A stretch of 63,923 nucleotides of DNA, counting the filler, from an uncultured bacterium (GTDB lineage Bacteria > Hinthialibacterota > Hinthialibacteria > Hinthialibacterales > Hinthialibacteraceae): NCBI GenBank assembly GCA_964449065.1. It is 6 parts of 6 records of this genome, joined end to end, with 100 filler letters (N's around TTAATTAATTAA, not from the genome) between each part and the next. Parts side by side here need not be neighbours in the genome. Positions count along the whole stretch, not along the records: positions 57,365 to 63,923 come from CAYVAZ010000298.1; 5 more parts are not named here. One strand, written 5' to 3'. Shown here piece after piece: positions 61,887-63,923 of this stretch. The notes beneath the pieces were generated by a model. That model did not search any database, was not told where the DNA came from, and saw only the letters and a program-made list of their open reading frames with translations. Within the stretch, counting starts at the first letter, position 1, and every line of letters begins with the position of its first letter. Position numbers and translations under genes: made by a program.

Positions 61887-63686
61887 ATGAATGATCTCGC
61901 CAGTCAAACACAGAATGAAACCATAGCCGGAATTGATTTAGGAACCACAAACTCATCCATTGCGGTGTATCATGAGGGAACCATCAACGTATTGGAATTG
62001 GATGGAAGTTCTCTAGTGCCTTCCTACGTTGGCATCTCACCTGATAATGAATTGATGGTGGGGCATCCCGCCCGCAACCAGTATATCCTGTATCCGGAGC
62101 GGACGATCAAATCCATTAAAAGACGAATGGGAAGTACGATAAAAGTTGAGTTGGGGGAACGCGAATTACTCCCGGAGGAGGTATCCGCTTTAATTTTGAA
62201 TCACCTCAAGAAACGGGCGGAAGCAATAATTGAAACTCCCATTCGCAAAGCCGTGATTACTGTCCCCGCGTTCTTTAATGATCAACAACGGCAAGCCACA
62301 AAAGCCGCCGGTGAAATCGCGGGGATGGAAGTAGTGCGTATACTCAATGAACCGACCGCCGCGTCCTTAGCGTATGACAAAAGCGTTCTGCAAGAAACAT
62401 CGGATCAACGCAGCCTATCCGTCGTGTACGATTTAGGAGGCGGGACGTTTGATGTTTCCATCGTTCGCAAAGAGGGGGATATTACGGAAGTTCTTGCCAG
62501 TCATGGTGATACAGAACTGGGGGGAGATGATTTTGACCGGGAAATCCTTGATCTGATTCTCGATCATATCCGCGACACATATCATGTAGACCTTTCCGAC
62601 AATAAAACCGTAATGAACCGGCTGATTCATGCTGCGGAAGCGGCAAAGATTGGTTTATCGTCACATCCCCATGTCCGTGTGCTTGAAGAAGAATTAACCG
62701 TTATCAATAATAAAACCATCCAAGTAGATCTTGAAATATCCCGCGATCAATACAATGAACGGATTCAATCGTACATTGACAAAACCGAACAATGTGTCCA
62801 TCAGGCATTGGAGGATGCGGGCTTATCTCCATCCCAAATCGACCATGTGTTGCTGGTTGGAGGGTCAACCCGTACGCCTTTGGTAAAAGAAATTCTATTT
62901 GAACTTTTTGAAAAAGAACCGCATTCCGAACTGCACCCGGATACGTGTGTTGCACTGGGAGCGGGGGTTTTGGCCTCCAGGATTCAAGGGGTGGAAGTCG
63001 AACAGATTTTGGTCGATATCACACCGCACAGTTTTGGGGTACAGGCTATTCAACGTGATGAATTTGGAATCCCCGATTTCAATCGTTATGTTTGCCTCAT
63101 ACCACGAAACACACCCTTACCGGTTACCCGGTCCGAACAATTTTATACGAATCACGACAATCAAGAAAAAGTCCTTGTGGATGTGTTTCAGGGTGAAGAA
63201 CCGGATGTAAGGAACAATACGAAAATCGGTACGTTTCGTGTTGAAGGACTGTCAAAAGTCCCCGCGGGGAATATTGTGGTTAAAAAGATGTCTTTGGATT
63301 TAAACGGAATTTTGACGGTGACCGCAACCGAAAAAAGTACAGGGCTGAACAAATCCATAACGATCGAAGACGCGTTTCAAGCGGGACGTGAGCATAATAT
63401 AAGCCATTCGCAACAAGCATTACAAGATTTTATCAATATTGAAGAGGCCGAATGGAAAGACCAACCGGCTGAAAAAGACAACCCGGATTCTTCCCATGCT
63501 GATTTACCCTCAGAAGTGGTTGCTTTGTTTGACAAATTGGAATCCATCAAAGGTTCGATGCATCCCGATGACCGAAACGAAGCCGAAGACCTATGTTTAA
63601 AAATCAAACAAAATGCAGAACAGAAAGAACCCTATGAAGATTTAATCCGTGAATTAGAGGAGTTACTATACTTTGTCGGCGCATAA
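61887..63686 (+). CDS. Hsp70-family chaperone (specialised DnaK paralog)
   Basis: GIDLGTTNS, ITVPAFFND.QR, NEPTAA, YDLGGGTFDVS, LVGGSTRTP, substrate-binding domain. Confidence 0.93.
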   Translation: MNDLASQTQNETIAGIDLGTTNSSIAVYHEGTINVLELDGSSLVPSYVGISPDNELMVGHPARNQYILYPERTIKSIKRRMGSTIKVELGERELLPEEVSALILNHLKKRAEAIIETPIRKAVITVPAFFNDQQRQATKAAGEIAGMEVVRILNEPTAASLAYDKSVLQETSDQRSLSVVYDLGGGTFDVSIVRKEGDITEVLASHGDTELGGDDFDREILDLILDHIRDTYHVDLSDNKTVMNRLIHAAEAAKIGLSSHPHVRVLEEELTVINNKTIQVDLEISRDQYNERIQSYIDKTEQCVHQALEDAGLSPSQIDHVLLVGGSTRTPLVKEILFELFEKEPHSELHPDTCVALGAGVLASRIQGVEVEQILVDITPHSFGVQAIQRDEFGIPDFNRYVCLIPRNTPLPVTRSEQFYTNHDNQEKVLVDVFQGEEPDVRNNTKIGTFRVEGLSKVPAGNIVVKKMSLDLNGILTVTATEKSTGLNKSITIEDAFQAGREHNISHSQQALQDFINIEEAEWKDQPAEKDNPDSSHADLPSEVVALFDKLESIKGSMHPDDRNEAEDLCLKIKQNAEQKEPYEDLIRELEELLYFVGA

Positions 63687-63716
63687 TTAGCACAAAATTA
63701 GCACAAAATTAGCACA
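63685..63716 (+). repeat. About three tandem 11-bp AATTAGCACAA units
   Basis: Seen directly, overlapping the Hsp70 stop codon. Confidence 0.8.
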
Positions 63717-63874
63717 TAGTTGGCTCGTAATTTAAGCGAAATTTATTCAAGCCAAATACAAGCGACTGTGCATATTGGCAACCTATAAACACTCGCAACG
63801 GCTGGTTTTCGTGGAAGAATTGCGCGATTGCAAAAGCCGATATGGTTCTAATCCAAAACTTCTGCTATGGTAAT

Positions 63875-63923
63875 AGGTCAGCCGCTTGAAGAGAAATTTC
63901 CCCTCCCAAAGGTGGGAGGGGTT
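63875..63923. mobile_element. End of a MITE/IS related to 42917-43064
   Basis: AGGTCAGCCGCTTGAAG followed by CCCTCCCA..TGGGAGGG hairpin at the window end. Confidence 0.55.

Overview
The window is six assembly contigs joined by artificial N-TTAATTAATTAA-N linkers (1-11474, 11575-22983, 23084-34438, 34539-45860, 45961-57264, 57365-63923), so adjacency across the linkers means nothing. Contig 1: housekeeping genes (HAD phosphatase, hslVU, YfhO-like membrane protein, orphan nuoI, dprA, Kef-type antiporter). Contig 2: a mobilizable RepC-type plasmid or element of alphaproteobacterial style (ardA remnant, HigBA-like and ParDE TA pairs, repC with ctRNA-like RNA and origin-like region, VirD4, MobC, relaxase), bounded by a perfect 51-bp inverted repeat. 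Contig 3: DUF4159/MoxR/DUF58/BatA-vWA/DUF4175 cluster. Contig 4: IS630 remnant, beta-propeller sensor kinase, secreted proteins, NarL-type regulator, decayed integrase, tRNA-Thr(CGT). Contig 5: secreted proteins and a pilin-like gene. Contig 6: a TPR/acidic protein, J-like protein, GrpE and Hsp70 operon. Best candidate for a new system (19495-19737, on the plasmid): an atypical tRNA-like RNA (tRNA-Arg-like body, distorted anticodon arm, nominal AAC) next to a divergent ~43-nt sRNA with its own sigma70-like promoter and terminator. The 5' 15 nt of this sRNA are exactly complementary to the anticodon arm, which suggests an all-RNA toxin-antitoxin or regulatory module. All family assignments come from motif recognition by eye, without database searches.
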